A stretch of DNA of 64,000 nucleotides from Candidatus Undivivens industriae (GCA_012514745.1 JAAYZR010000001.1:7877-71876); one strand, 5' to 3'; numbered from the stretch's first letter, positions 19,333 through 30,534 are shown. Program-made: numbers and translations. The notes: generated by a model not told the origin, from the letters alone.

Positions 19333-19349
19333 TCAGTCGACTGTCACAG

Positions 19350-20186
19350 ATGTTCAATGGCGTTTTAAGACTAATAAGTGTCAGTGCCCAGGGAGCCATT
19401 TCTTTTCTCAGCGAGATATGGGGGAAGAGATATGCCGTCTATCAGCTTGTTAAGCGCGATTTGAAGGAACGTTACATAGGTTCATATTTCGGTCTTGCCT
19501 GGGCTTTGCTCCAGCAGACCTTGTTGGTCGCGGTTATGTGGTTCGTTCTTCAATTCGGCCTTCGTGTCAGACCGGCGGGAAATGTCCCTTTTCTTGCTTG
19601 GATAGTTCCTGCAATGGCTGTTTGGGTTTTATTTTCGGAGGCGCTCAATACGGCTGCCAACTCGCTTATAAGTTATTCTTATATCGTCAAGAAGATACAT
19701 TTCAAGCTCTCTATCTTGCCGCTTATTAAAGTGCTTTCCGCCGCGGTCATTCACTTTATATTCCTTTTTCTTGTTGTTTTGGTTTTGCTGATTTTCGGTA
19801 TATATCCGTCATTGTTTTGGCTGCAAAGCGCCTATTATTTCTTTGCCTGTATCTGCCTGGTGCTGGGAATGTCCTGGTTGGCTTCCGCGGTAATGGTTTT
19901 TTTTCGCGATATAGCCGCAGGCATAGTGATACTTCTGAATCTCTTGATGTGGATGACGCCTATTTATTGGAATATGGAGATGATCCCTCCGCGATTCAGG
20001 ATCCTTTGCTATTTAAACCCGGTATGTTATCTTACCGAGGGATACAGGAGATCTTTTCTTTACAATATTCCTTTCTGGGAAGACGCTTTATGGGGATTTT
20101 ATTTCTGGGGAGTAACGTTCTGTTTTATGGCAGCCGGCATTTTTGTTTTTCGGAAACTTAAACCTCATTTTGCCGATATCCTTTGA
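19350..20186 (+). CDS. wzm: ABC-2 polysaccharide export permease
   Basis: RYIGSYFGLAW, TPIYW and LNP motifs; multiple hydrophobic helices; ends PHFADIL; adjacent to wzt. Confidence 0.92.
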   Translation: MFNGVLRLISVSAQGAISFLSEIWGKRYAVYQLVKRDLKERYIGSYFGLAWALLQQTLLVAVMWFVLQFGLRVRPAGNVPFLAWIVPAMAVWVLFSEALNTAANSLISYSYIVKKIHFKLSILPLIKVLSAAVIHFIFLFLVVLVLLIFGIYPSLFWLQSAYYFFACICLVLGMSWLASAVMVFFRDIAAGIVILLNLLMWMTPIYWNMEMIPPRFRILCYLNPVCYLTEGYRRSFLYNIPFWEDALWGFYFWGVTFCFMAAGIFVFRKLKPHFADIL

Positions 20187-20187
20187 T

Positions 20188-21417
20188 ATGTCTGATGCAA
20201 TCCTGCAGGTAAGAAATCTAACCAAGATATACTCGCTTTATGATCGGCCGATCGACCGGTTAAAGGAAGCGCTGGATCCCCGCAGAAAAAAATACCATCA
20301 TGATTTTTACGCGCTTAAAGACATTAGTTTCGATGTCAGAAAAGGCGAAACACTTGGAATCATTGGGAAAAACGGTTCGGGTAAATCAACCTTGCTTAAG
20401 ATCATTTCCGGGGTGCTCGCTCCCACATCGGGGGCTTACCGCGTAAATGGGAATATAGCTTCTTTACTTGAACTCGGGACCGGCTTTAATCCGGAATTAA
20501 CTGGCACAGAGAATGTTTATTTTAACGGAACACTTTTCGGTCTGTCCAAGAAAGAGATTGACGAGAGACTAGACAGGATAATCGAATTCGCCGATATCGG
20601 AGAATTCGTAAAGCAGCCGGTAAAACTGTATTCCAGCGGAATGTTCGTGCGTTTAGCGTTTTCCGTTGCCGTGAATCTAGACCCTGAAATATTGATAGTA
20701 GACGAGGCTCTTTCTGTAGGCGATACCTATTTTCAGCATAAGAGTTTCGAGCGTATACGACAGTTAAACCGTCAAGGTACGACGCTGCTGATAGTTTCTC
20801 ACGACAAGAACGCTATTTTGTCCATTTGCAACTCGGTGATTTTGCTGAACGCAGGAACATTTGTTATGCAGGATGAGCCGGAAACCGTTATGGATTATTA
20901 TAATGCCACATTATCCGAGAATACCGGTAATATTATCCATCAGAAGACGACGGAGAACGGAAAAATCCAGACTATATCGGGAACAAGAGAAGCGATAATA
21001 GAGGATGTGGCATTGTTGGATACGGGAAATAACCGGGTGGAAACTGTTAATGTGGGACAGCAGGTCCGCCTGCGCATTGTGGTGCGTTCAACCACGGACA
21101 TCGAAAATCTGGTAATAGGCTATCTGATCAAAGACAGGCTTGGACAGTCTGTATTCGGAACCAATACCTGTCATTTGAAACAGAATATCGCTGAATTAAA
21201 GCGAGGAGAATCGTATATTTTGGATTTTAAGTTTAATGTTGACCTCGGTGAGGGGAGTTATTCGGTCGCGGTTGCTTTACATACTGCGGAAACGCATACC
21301 ACGAAGAGTTATGAATGGCGAGATCTCGCCTTGGTATTCAAGGTTGTTAACACCGATAAAAGTAAATTTGCGGGGGTCGCTTGGCTGCCTCCGAGCTTGG
21401 AGTGCGGTCATGGATGA
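20188..21417 (+). CDS. wzt: Polysaccharide ABC transporter ATPase with C-terminal carbohydrate-binding domain
   Basis: GKNGSGKST, YSSGM and DEALSVGD motifs with a ~160-aa C-terminal extension; start placed at ATG 20188. Confidence 0.95.
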   Translation: MSDAILQVRNLTKIYSLYDRPIDRLKEALDPRRKKYHHDFYALKDISFDVRKGETLGIIGKNGSGKSTLLKIISGVLAPTSGAYRVNGNIASLLELGTGFNPELTGTENVYFNGTLFGLSKKEIDERLDRIIEFADIGEFVKQPVKLYSSGMFVRLAFSVAVNLDPEILIVDEALSVGDTYFQHKSFERIRQLNRQGTTLLIVSHDKNAILSICNSVILLNAGTFVMQDEPETVMDYYNATLSENTGNIIHQKTTENGKIQTISGTREAIIEDVALLDTGNNRVETVNVGQQVRLRIVVRSTTDIENLVIGYLIKDRLGQSVFGTNTCHLKQNIAELKRGESYILDFKFNVDLGEGSYSVAVALHTAETHTTKSYEWRDLALVFKVVNTDKSKFAGVAWLPPSLECGHG

Positions 21418-22744
21418 CGGTTTTTACCGGGCGTTTGAGGATCGTTACCGCGGTTCACGAGAGCTGATAAAGCTGCGTTTGAAAACGTATTTGCCGTTTG
21501 TAAGGCCTTTACTGGATTTCTATGGGAAGGGGGAAGCGTTGGATTTAGGCTGCGGGCGGGGGGAATGGCTCGAGCTGCTTGCGGAAGCCGGTTTTAACGC
21601 AATAGGCGTGGATCTTGATAATATCCAGCTTGCGGCCTGCAAGGGATTAGGTTTGAATGTCCGCACCGCTGATGCAATTGATTTTATAAAGCGGCTGCCG
21701 GATGCGAACATGGTATTGGTAACTGCTTTTCACCTTGTTGAGCATCTGCAGTTCTCGCAACTACAGGAGCTGGTAAAGGAGGCTTTACGGGTGTTAAAAC
21801 CGGGCGGCCTCCTGATACTTGAGACCCCTAATCCGGAAAATATCTTGACCGGGACGTCCAATTTCTATTTGGATCCTATGCATCAGCGTCCCATTCCACC
21901 GCAGTTACTGTCTTTTCTTCCGGAATATTACGGTTTTCGTAAAGTGAAAATATTACGCTTGCAGGAAACGGTCAGGCCGCGGAAAAAAGAACAAATGTCA
22001 CTGTTAGACGTTTTAAACGGAGTCAGCCCGGATTATTCCGTCATAGCACAACGTGAAGGAGACCAGAGCCTTTTGGAGGCGACAAAGGACGTTTTTGATG
22101 TAGATACAGGCTGCACACTGGAGCAGATAATTTCCCGATATGAAAGTTATACCGACTGCAAGATCACAAGTTTGGATCATTACGAACAGCAAGCTTTCAA
22201 GAAGGAGCATAGTTTGGAGTTGGCACTGCAACAGGCGGCCACTTGGTTCGTCAGAAATGAAGATAGGCCTGTCAGAGAGGATGTAATCGCCGCTTACCGT
22301 TGTTTCCTGGGAAGGGAACCTGAAAGCGAGAGCGCCATCCAGGGGTATTTAAAGGCGAAGAATGTAAAGGGGTTGCTTAAGGCCTTCTCCGGGTCCAAAG
22401 AATTTCAGGATAGAATAAACCGTTTTGGACCGTCCCATCCAGAAGAAGCAGTGTATGTTTCATATCCCCGGAGGCTGTCTCTTTATTTTCTGGACATTGT
22501 GATGGGCATATATTCAAGATTGTTTTCCGGAAAGGCGGCAAAAAAGGTGATAGCAGCCTTACCGTGGCTCAAGGAATTCTTTAGAAATCTGTTTAGGCAA
22601 CAGATCGTGGAGGTAAGACTGGAAAGAGAGAAGAGGCTTCATCAGAATATGTATGCGGATACCGATTGTCTCTCCATGTTTTCTTTGTCCATCTTGGAAA
22701 GATTAAAGCAAAAGGTGAATACCAAACGGAGCCGGGTCGTATAA
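21410..22744 (+). CDS. Class I SAM-dependent methyltransferase (probable glycan chain-capping enzyme)
   Basis: FEDRYRGS, LDLGCGRGEW, FHLVEHL, ETPNP and FYLDP motifs; start placed at ATG 21410, overlapping wzt. Confidence 0.85.
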   Translation: MDDGFYRAFEDRYRGSRELIKLRLKTYLPFVRPLLDFYGKGEALDLGCGRGEWLELLAEAGFNAIGVDLDNIQLAACKGLGLNVRTADAIDFIKRLPDANMVLVTAFHLVEHLQFSQLQELVKEALRVLKPGGLLILETPNPENILTGTSNFYLDPMHQRPIPPQLLSFLPEYYGFRKVKILRLQETVRPRKKEQMSLLDVLNGVSPDYSVIAQREGDQSLLEATKDVFDVDTGCTLEQIISRYESYTDCKITSLDHYEQQAFKKEHSLELALQQAATWFVRNEDRPVREDVIAAYRCFLGREPESESAIQGYLKAKNVKGLLKAFSGSKEFQDRINRFGPSHPEEAVYVSYPRRLSLYFLDIVMGIYSRLFSGKAAKKVIAALPWLKEFFRNLFRQQIVEVRLEREKRLHQNMYADTDCLSMFSLSILERLKQKVNTKRSRVV

Positions 22745-22817
22745 TTCCCGGTTAATCAAACCGTGGAAATCCCCGGCTTGAAGGCCGGATTTACTCAGTT
22801 CACGAATTACTAATATT

Positions 22818-25334
22818 ATGCGGATAATTCTGGATCTACAGGTTTCACAAACGTCAAGCCGGTTTGAAGATATCGGCCGCTATTCGCTTTCTCTCGCGAA
22901 GGCGATTGCCGGCAGCCACTCCGGTCATGAGGTCATCATCGCTTTGAACGGACTATTCCCGGATACGATCGAACCGATACGGGCCGCTCTGGACGGTATA
23001 ATCCCACAGCAGAATATACGCGTTTGGTCGGCGGCGGGACCGTTATCCGGAAGTGATATGAGGCATGAATGGAGGCGAAAAGCGGCGGAACGTATGCGTG
23101 AAGCGTTCCTACTGCGGCTCAATCCAGACGTTGTGCATATAATGAACATTCTAGAGGGATATGCTGATAACGCCGTCACGACCATAGGTGTTTTTTCTCC
23201 GCAAATAACTACAACCGCCGGTTTCTCCGAAATAATTACTTCCTCCCGTTTTACGCACCAATTCAATTATGATCGGCAGTATAAGAATTATTTTCTTGAT
23301 AAGATCGAGTATTTGAAGCGGGCCGATAAGGTCATATCCGTGTCCAAGGTTGGGGCTGAGGAGATTACGAATACTTTCGGATTTTCGAGCGGCAGAGTAT
23401 TCGGTCTCTCAGCTGATTGCGCCCCAATTTTTAGGCCGATGAACATCGGAACGGTATTAAAAGCGCGCCTTTTTCAGCGTTTTAAGATCAGGAAACATTT
23501 TATTATACTTGATGCCGGTGATGGTGATGATAGGGAATTTCTGTGTTTTGTGCGCGCGTACTGTAAGCTTCCGCCAGCCGTGCGCGGCGAGTACCAGATA
23601 CTGTTGATAGGTCGCATATGTGATGATGATGTTAGAAAGATATACTCTCTTGCTGTTTCTTCCGGTATCAGGGATGGAGAACTAATCATCATGCACCAGC
23701 TTAATGATGAGGATATGGCTAAACTGTATAACTTGAGCAGGCTTCTTGTAGTTCTTTCTCCGCGCAATAGTGTGTGTCTTACTGCGGTTGAAGCGGTGAA
23801 TTGCGGCACGCCGGTAATAGGCGCCGACAATAAGTATTCAAGAGAGACTTTAGGATATGATGAAGCTCTATTTGAGTCCAAAGATGAAGATTCGATAAAG
23901 GGTAGGCTGTATTCAGCTATGCTGGATGAATCTTTTACGCGTGACGTGATACTGAACGAGATAAAACACAGGAAAGAAGGCTCAATAGAACGGAACGCCG
24001 CGGATATGATCGGGATTTTTGAAAAAATCAGTAAACCGCCTTTTATAAAGCCTGAATACGCGGATAATGAGCGTGTTATCGAAGAAGTGCTGGACAGTAT
24101 AGGACAGGTTGAAAACGGCAGCAAGGTGCATTCTTCCGATTTAATAGCCGCCGCATATTGTATAGGTCTTAATCATGTCTCTTTACCTCAGAAACAGCTG
24201 TTTGTAGATATCTCCGAATTTATCCATAACGATATTAAAACAGGCGTCCAGAGAGTAACCAGGAGCGTATTGAAGGAACTGCTGGAATTCCCACCGAAAG
24301 GATTCTCGGTGGAGCCTGTCTTTGCGACCAGCAGATCCAAAGGGTATTCTTATGCCCGGCAGTTTGTTGATAAGATGCAGGGACAGCCGAGGCATTCCAA
24401 GGACAGTGTGATCGATTTTCAGCCCGGGGATGTTTTCTTGGGTTTGCATTTGCAGCATCTTATCACCAAAGCTCAAGCAGATTGCCTGTCCCTTATGCAC
24501 AGGCATGGTGTCAGTGTTTATTTTGTAGTTTACGATCTTCTCCCCATTCTCTTCCCGCATTATTGGCTGGCGCAGCACGGTGTGCATACGATACATCACG
24601 AATGGCTGCAAATAATCAGCCGTTTCGATGGGGCGGTTTGTATATCGCAAGCGGTCGCGAATGAATTTTCCGGCTGGCAGAAGGTACATTGCAAGGACAG
24701 GTTGAGACCGTTTAAAATGAGATGGTTTCATCTTGGTGCCGACATGGATAACTCCATACCCACAAAAGGCATGCCTGATAATGCTCCCAAAATGCTTGAA
24801 AAAATGGCAGCGCGGCAGACGTTTCTTATGGTGGGGACTATTGAACCGCGTAAGGGATATGTTCAGACCATTGACGCTTTCGAATTGCTCTGGCAGTCCG
24901 GAGTTGACGTGAACCTCATAATAGTGGGAAAGAAGGGATGGATGGTTGAGAAGATAGAGGCGCGTATACGTAAACACCCAGAGTATGATAAAAGGCTTTT
25001 TTGGCTTGAGGGCATAAGCGATGAGTTTCTGGAGAAGGTATATTTGAATTCAGCTTGTTTGCTGGCCGCTTCGGAGGGCGAAGGATTCGGCCTGCCGTTG
25101 ATAGAAGCGGCGCAGCATAATCTGTCGATTATCGCCCGCGACATTCCCGTATTTCGAGAGGTTGCCGGAGAATACGCGTTCTATTTCTCTGGGATGGAAC
25201 CGGAAACGCTTGCCGATGCCGTGAAAAAATGGCTTGCGCTGAACGCCAGAGGATGCAACCCGGCTTCTATATGTATGCCGTGGTTGACCTGGCACCAGAG
25301 TACCCAGCAACTGCTGAAAGCGATTATTCCGTGA
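22818..25334 (+). CDS. Two-domain GT4 glycosyltransferase
   Basis: N-terminal IGRYSLSL GT-B domain; second domain TGVQRV...VGTIEPRKG...EGFGLPLIEA. Confidence 0.9.
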   Translation: MRIILDLQVSQTSSRFEDIGRYSLSLAKAIAGSHSGHEVIIALNGLFPDTIEPIRAALDGIIPQQNIRVWSAAGPLSGSDMRHEWRRKAAERMREAFLLRLNPDVVHIMNILEGYADNAVTTIGVFSPQITTTAGFSEIITSSRFTHQFNYDRQYKNYFLDKIEYLKRADKVISVSKVGAEEITNTFGFSSGRVFGLSADCAPIFRPMNIGTVLKARLFQRFKIRKHFIILDAGDGDDREFLCFVRAYCKLPPAVRGEYQILLIGRICDDDVRKIYSLAVSSGIRDGELIIMHQLNDEDMAKLYNLSRLLVVLSPRNSVCLTAVEAVNCGTPVIGADNKYSRETLGYDEALFESKDEDSIKGRLYSAMLDESFTRDVILNEIKHRKEGSIERNAADMIGIFEKISKPPFIKPEYADNERVIEEVLDSIGQVENGSKVHSSDLIAAAYCIGLNHVSLPQKQLFVDISEFIHNDIKTGVQRVTRSVLKELLEFPPKGFSVEPVFATSRSKGYSYARQFVDKMQGQPRHSKDSVIDFQPGDVFLGLHLQHLITKAQADCLSLMHRHGVSVYFVVYDLLPILFPHYWLAQHGVHTIHHEWLQIISRFDGAVCISQAVANEFSGWQKVHCKDRLRPFKMRWFHLGADMDNSIPTKGMPDNAPKMLEKMAARQTFLMVGTIEPRKGYVQTIDAFELLWQSGVDVNLIIVGKKGWMVEKIEARIRKHPEYDKRLFWLEGISDEFLEKVYLNSACLLAASEGEGFGLPLIEAAQHNLSIIARDIPVFREVAGEYAFYFSGMEPETLADAVKKWLALNARGCNPASICMPWLTWHQSTQQLLKAIIP

Positions 25335-25417
25335 TCGAGGCATTGTTGAAAAACGTAAAACCCATATGAAATTTTCGTAAACAAAGAGCGCGGAATAATC
25401 AAATAAGGACAAAATCC

Positions 25418-28054
25418 ATGAATACAAAAAAGAGAGTTCTTGCGTATTTCTCTGTAGTATCGTTGTCAAGTTTGCTGCTTATTGTCATCATGCGGCTGTG
25501 GCGGGCCGATCTTTTTGTTTCATTCGGCTATGAAGGAGATGGGTTGTTTAATTCGGCGATCATAAAAGGAGTTATCGATAACGGCTGGTATTTGAGAAAT
25601 CCGATGTTGGGCGCTCCTTTGGGAGCGGACCTTTACGGATACCCCATGTCCGACCTGTTGAATTTTCTGATCATCAAAGTCATTGGAACTTTAACCCGCA
25701 GTTGGGCCGCAACTCTTAACTTGTTTTTTCTCGCGACTTTTCCCCTGGTCAGCATCTCTGCCATGTTCATTTTTCTAAAGTGCAGGATCAGAACCCCGGT
25801 CGCTCTGGTATGCGCTTTGATTTATACCTTTATACCGTATCACCTTTTGCGTGGCGAGGCGCACCTTTTTTTGTCGGCATATTATATGGTGCCGGTCATA
25901 TGCTGGATGGCTTTGAATATGTTCGAAGAGGGGGGGTATTTGTTCAATCCCGGACGAATATCTTTTAAAAGTATTCCCGGGAGGAAAATAATAGCTATTC
26001 TGCTGTTTTCTTTCCTTGCCGCGTCTACCGGAGCATACTACGCCTTTTTCGGGATGCTTTTCATACTTTTCGCAGGAGCGGTAGCTTCGCTCAATCGTAA
26101 GAGCTACGCTAATCTGGTGAGCGCGCTGATCATAATCTGCCTTATGGCGGGCATGGTAATAGTGAATATACTTCCAAATCTGGTCGATAAATTGCTTCAT
26201 TCTCAAAGTCCTCATATATTGAGAAGCGCTATTGAATCGGAGATATACGGCCTAAAAATATCGCAGCTTTTATTGCCGCGCACAGGTCATAATCTCCCGT
26301 TCTTCGCTTCCTTGCGAGACGCCTATAATAGGGCGGCGCCGCTTGTGACAGAGAACGATATGTCGGCCCTCGGGATGGTTTCGGCGATCGGCCTGGTGCT
26401 TTCTTTATGCACCGTATTCTTGTTTCGCCGCGATATGAAGTCTAATTACGGCAGGATCGGCGTGCTGAACCTGTTCGCTGTCCTGCTGGCGACCATCGGA
26501 GGCGGAGCGGTTTTCATCGCTTACTTGATAACCAAGCAGATTCGAGCGTACAATCGGATTAGTATTTTTATCGCGTTTTTTTCGCTGTTGTTCGTTGCTC
26601 ATCTCTTGAGCGCGTTGTATGAAAAATACGCCGTAACCCCGAAACGCAGGCTTATTTCAGCGGCAGCATTGTCTATTTTTTTACTTTTCGCGATCTGTGA
26701 CCAAGTGCCAATACGCTGGGGAAGCTATTCTCGGTATCAGGAAAAGGTCGCTTCGGACAAGAAGTTCTTTTCCGCGGTAGAATCCGCCCTGGGGAAGGAC
26801 TCGTCGGTATTCCAACTGCCGTATTTTCCTTTTCCCGAGACTCCTCCTCTCAACAAAATAACGGATTATGAGCACTTCAGGGGGTATCTGAACACCCGGG
26901 AAGTAAAGTGGAGTTACGGAGCTTTCAAGGGAAGCTATGCCGATGCCATCATAAAGTCTATCGGATATAAAACCGGACAGGATCTCCTGGATACGCTGGT
27001 GGTAATGGGATATGACGGTTTGTTCATCGACCGGTTCGGCTACGAGGATTCCGGGGCCGGGGTGGAAGAGCAGATAAGGCCTTTGATAGCCTCAAGGCCT
27101 CTGGAGAGTGACGACGGCCGGTTCGCCGTCTACAATCTGAAAGCTTACAGGGACGAATTCATAAGAAAGAACGGGGATATACAGGCAAAGAGAAATGCGC
27201 TGTTGCGGGATAGGGCTCTGGGTTTATACGTGCCGGGAGAATGGATAACGAATACCGACGACAGGTATCTGACTTCCGGCTGGTCAGTAGATGAAGGGAC
27301 TCATCGCTGGAGCCAGGGCCGCGCTGTTAAAATAGAATTCAAACTTGGCCCCGTCAGGCCTTCCCCGGTGATGAAACTGGTGATTGTGCCCAAGATGGTG
27401 GTGGGAGTCCAGCAGCTGCAAGTCTTTGTGAACAATAAGAAGGCCGGCTATATGTTCCTGGACGCGCCTAAAGAGTATTTTATGGATATAGATACCGGTT
27501 TATTAATTCCCGATGCAGTCAACTCTATCAGCCTGAAACTGCCGAACGCGAAACATATCGGAGGCGACCCCAGGCTTTTGGCTCTCGCGCTGGGCAAAGC
27601 GGGATTATTCTATCCGGAGGACGCCCGAAGAAGACTCCGGCTTCTTGAACCCGTATTGCACGTTTATTCCCCGGGTAAATGGATCGGCCACAATGACGGG
27701 CGGTTCCTGATATCCGGATGGTCCAAGAATGAAGATACCCATAGATGGAGCGAAGGGCACAGCGCCAAAATAGGATTCATATTGAAAGAATTGCCGTCTT
27801 CGCCTTCAATGAACCTGGTTGTCGTCCCGTCGATGGTCATGGGATGGCAATACGCCGAGATCTTCATAAACGGAAGGAAAGCCGGGATAGCGCTGTTCCA
27901 CGGCCCCAAAGAATACCGTATAAAGTTCAGGACCGCCCTGCTTAAGGAAAACGCGCCGAATGAGATCAGGCTGAATTTTCCGCGCGCCAAAGCGGTTAAG
28001 AGCGACCCGCGCCTGCTGGCGGTCGCCCTGGGAAAAATAGGATTGTTCCATTAA
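25418..28054 (+). CDS. Polytopic membrane protein (GT-C-like glycan modification enzyme) with two C-terminal beta-rich domains
   Basis: Many hydrophobic helices; NPMLGAP, IRAYNR, FQLPY..FPE and WSYG motifs; duplicated GWS..E.THRWS domain. Confidence 0.65.
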   Translation: MNTKKRVLAYFSVVSLSSLLLIVIMRLWRADLFVSFGYEGDGLFNSAIIKGVIDNGWYLRNPMLGAPLGADLYGYPMSDLLNFLIIKVIGTLTRSWAATLNLFFLATFPLVSISAMFIFLKCRIRTPVALVCALIYTFIPYHLLRGEAHLFLSAYYMVPVICWMALNMFEEGGYLFNPGRISFKSIPGRKIIAILLFSFLAASTGAYYAFFGMLFILFAGAVASLNRKSYANLVSALIIICLMAGMVIVNILPNLVDKLLHSQSPHILRSAIESEIYGLKISQLLLPRTGHNLPFFASLRDAYNRAAPLVTENDMSALGMVSAIGLVLSLCTVFLFRRDMKSNYGRIGVLNLFAVLLATIGGGAVFIAYLITKQIRAYNRISIFIAFFSLLFVAHLLSALYEKYAVTPKRRLISAAALSIFLLFAICDQVPIRWGSYSRYQEKVASDKKFFSAVESALGKDSSVFQLPYFPFPETPPLNKITDYEHFRGYLNTREVKWSYGAFKGSYADAIIKSIGYKTGQDLLDTLVVMGYDGLFIDRFGYEDSGAGVEEQIRPLIASRPLESDDGRFAVYNLKAYRDEFIRKNGDIQAKRNALLRDRALGLYVPGEWITNTDDRYLTSGWSVDEGTHRWSQGRAVKIEFKLGPVRPSPVMKLVIVPKMVVGVQQLQVFVNNKKAGYMFLDAPKEYFMDIDTGLLIPDAVNSISLKLPNAKHIGGDPRLLALALGKAGLFYPEDARRRLRLLEPVLHVYSPGKWIGHNDGRFLISGWSKNEDTHRWSEGHSAKIGFILKELPSSPSMNLVVVPSMVMGWQYAEIFINGRKAGIALFHGPKEYRIKFRTALLKENAPNEIRLNFPRAKAVKSDPRLLAVALGKIGLFH

Positions 28055-28069
28055 TCTTGATAAAAACCG

Positions 28070-30433
28070 ATGAAAATCACCTTTGATTTCAGGGATCTGC
28101 TGAAACACCGGCTGACGGATTTTTTAATACTCTGCGGGATCATCGTATATGTATGGTATGCGTTATTCCCGTTATTACAGACCGGTTATTTCGCCGACGA
28201 TGCCCTGAATGTCACCGCGCAGGCAGACGCTGAGCTTAAGGGAATGAGCGTTTTGCAGCTCACATGGACGATCTGGTATACAGGCTGGTTCAAGACAATG
28301 GGGAGGCTGTTCCCGCTGGCGTTCTATGTGTATTCGGCCTTCGCGATCTTAAAACCGCTGATCGTGTATAAGAGTGCGACGCTCATGGTGATTCTTCTGG
28401 ACATTGTCGCATTTGGGTATTTTGTCAAGTTAGTAACGGACTCCAAATACCTTGCTTATGCGTTGATGCTTTCTATTTGTATATTTTTTCAGTTTCGCAT
28501 TTGGTATGAACCTCTCCTGTCTTTCCATTTTATGATGCCGCTGGTTCTGCTTGAGATACTTGTTTCCTTGATTCTGTATCATAAATTCATCCGGAACGAT
28601 AGAAAATCATATTTGGCAATAGCAGTTTTTTCTTATTTGCTGGCGTTGCTTACCTACGAAATCTCCTATTTTCTATGCGTATTGCATATAGTAGTTTCAT
28701 TGTTCTGTCTATCTGAACAAAAAACCGGGTTTAGACTTCGGCACTTATGGAACGCCGTTAAACAGGCCAAGTTCTTTATTCTCTCAACTGTAGCTCTTGT
28801 TATGTTGTCGGCATATTTCCGATCTGTATCCACTTTCGATAAAGGCGGCGCATATACTATCACGTTCAGCCCGTTGTTATTTTTGAAAACATTTTATATA
28901 CAAATCATTGGTTCATTTCCGTTATCATATTTTTTCTTCAATAGGAATATTTTTAATTTTACAGAGTTGGTACGATGGCTCCAGCCGGGGGATTTGATAA
29001 TCGCCGGCGGGTTCGGGTATTTTCTTTGCCGTTTGACCTGCAGGATAGAAGAAAAGATTAACATTCGGTGTTTGTTATATCTGGGGCTTTCGCTTATGGT
29101 ATTGCCGGCAGTGTTGATATCGCTCTCCCCCAAACATCAGGTGACTCCTCTGGGGGCGGCTTATCTGCAGGTATATCTGCAGTATTTCGGGGCCGAGCTG
29201 TTGGTTGCCGCGTTCCTACTTTTGATAAAACGTTCACTGGGGCGTTTCAAAAAAAAGTATTTACTTCAGCTAGCATGGCTGCTTATGGTATTTGTAATTT
29301 CCTGTGTAGGATTAATCAATTTGCTCTGCAACCGTTATGTAGTTGACCGAATGGACACGATGGGGCACTACCAGATGGTAGTGGTCGAGAAGGCGTTGAA
29401 GAACGGTTTACTAGACGATATTCCGGATTCGAGTATGATACTGACGGAATCCTCCTGGGCATGGGATCGCCAGGAGTATTATTATTGGCTGTTGGGTAGG
29501 AAATTAACCGTCAAGGGACTGGAAGCTTATTTGTCCGAGCAGTTTAAGGAAATGTCTTCTAAACCGGTAACTTCTTTTCAAGACCAGATTTTGACCCTTG
29601 ATCTGCGTGGACAAAACGTATATGTGGTGAAATATTTTGATTATTCTTACCGAGACAACGGATATCTACTGTTCGGCCGATTGGCTTCGGTGTCTTTCGA
29701 CCGCGCATCTGGCAAGACCGTGCAGGTTAACGCGGACGCTCTCAAGTTGTTCAGCTGCGGGCGGGGAGTCTTTAAGGCCGTCCAGGGCGAAGTAGTGGTC
29801 TCTTCCACTTCTGGAGTTCCACAGATTAGTACGGACTATTATGTAATTGAGAAGCTGCCGAGGATAAAGTTAGGTAAGGATTTTGTCATTTATGATGTGC
29901 CGATATCCGGGGAGACCATTGATTTTCGCTCGTTGACTCTTTCAACCCGCAATGAAAAACTGGAAAAAATGCCTTTTAGGATTTCGGGGCAGAGTGGACG
30001 CTGGGTCAGACACGGAATGGAACTGCGGAAGAGCGCCGTACTCTACCGGCCTGGTAAGTGGATCACCCATAACGATGAGCAGTATTTGACGTCCGGCTGG
30101 TCCACGAACGAGGGAACCCACCGCTGGAGCGAAGGACGCGGAGCCAGGATAGATTTTAAATTGAAATCGCGCAGGGCAGACACGAGTATGAAACTGATTA
30201 TCGTTCCCAAGATGGTCTTGGGAATACAGCGTGTAAAGATATTTATAAATGAAACGTTGGTTGCGGAACAAGTCTTTGAAAAAAACGAGAAGTTTATAGT
30301 AGAGTTTAACTCGAATATACTGACACCATATTCGTCCAATTCCATCAGATTCGTGTTTCCCGGGGCGAAAACTTACAAAAGTGATTCCAGGTTAATGGCT
30401 GTTGCTCTGGGCAAGGTGGGGTTATTTTATTGA
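28070..30433 (+). CDS. Polytopic membrane protein (GT-C-like) with one C-terminal beta-rich domain
   Basis: GYFADD acidic pair after TM1, GRLFPL and LLTYE motifs; carries the same C-terminal domain as the preceding gene. Confidence 0.6.
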   Translation: MKITFDFRDLLKHRLTDFLILCGIIVYVWYALFPLLQTGYFADDALNVTAQADAELKGMSVLQLTWTIWYTGWFKTMGRLFPLAFYVYSAFAILKPLIVYKSATLMVILLDIVAFGYFVKLVTDSKYLAYALMLSICIFFQFRIWYEPLLSFHFMMPLVLLEILVSLILYHKFIRNDRKSYLAIAVFSYLLALLTYEISYFLCVLHIVVSLFCLSEQKTGFRLRHLWNAVKQAKFFILSTVALVMLSAYFRSVSTFDKGGAYTITFSPLLFLKTFYIQIIGSFPLSYFFFNRNIFNFTELVRWLQPGDLIIAGGFGYFLCRLTCRIEEKINIRCLLYLGLSLMVLPAVLISLSPKHQVTPLGAAYLQVYLQYFGAELLVAAFLLLIKRSLGRFKKKYLLQLAWLLMVFVISCVGLINLLCNRYVVDRMDTMGHYQMVVVEKALKNGLLDDIPDSSMILTESSWAWDRQEYYYWLLGRKLTVKGLEAYLSEQFKEMSSKPVTSFQDQILTLDLRGQNVYVVKYFDYSYRDNGYLLFGRLASVSFDRASGKTVQVNADALKLFSCGRGVFKAVQGEVVVSSTSGVPQISTDYYVIEKLPRIKLGKDFVIYDVPISGETIDFRSLTLSTRNEKLEKMPFRISGQSGRWVRHGMELRKSAVLYRPGKWITHNDEQYLTSGWSTNEGTHRWSEGRGARIDFKLKSRRADTSMKLIIVPKMVLGIQRVKIFINETLVAEQVFEKNEKFIVEFNSNILTPYSSNSIRFVFPGAKTYKSDSRLMAVALGKVGLFY

Positions 30434-30534
30434 TCTACTTTGCCGAAAAATCAGCTGGCGGTAAATAAAAGCAGCGATGCCGGTGTCGTCATGGCGCAGC
30501 GAAGTAAAAAAGGCTTTTATTTTGTTTCTCGCAA

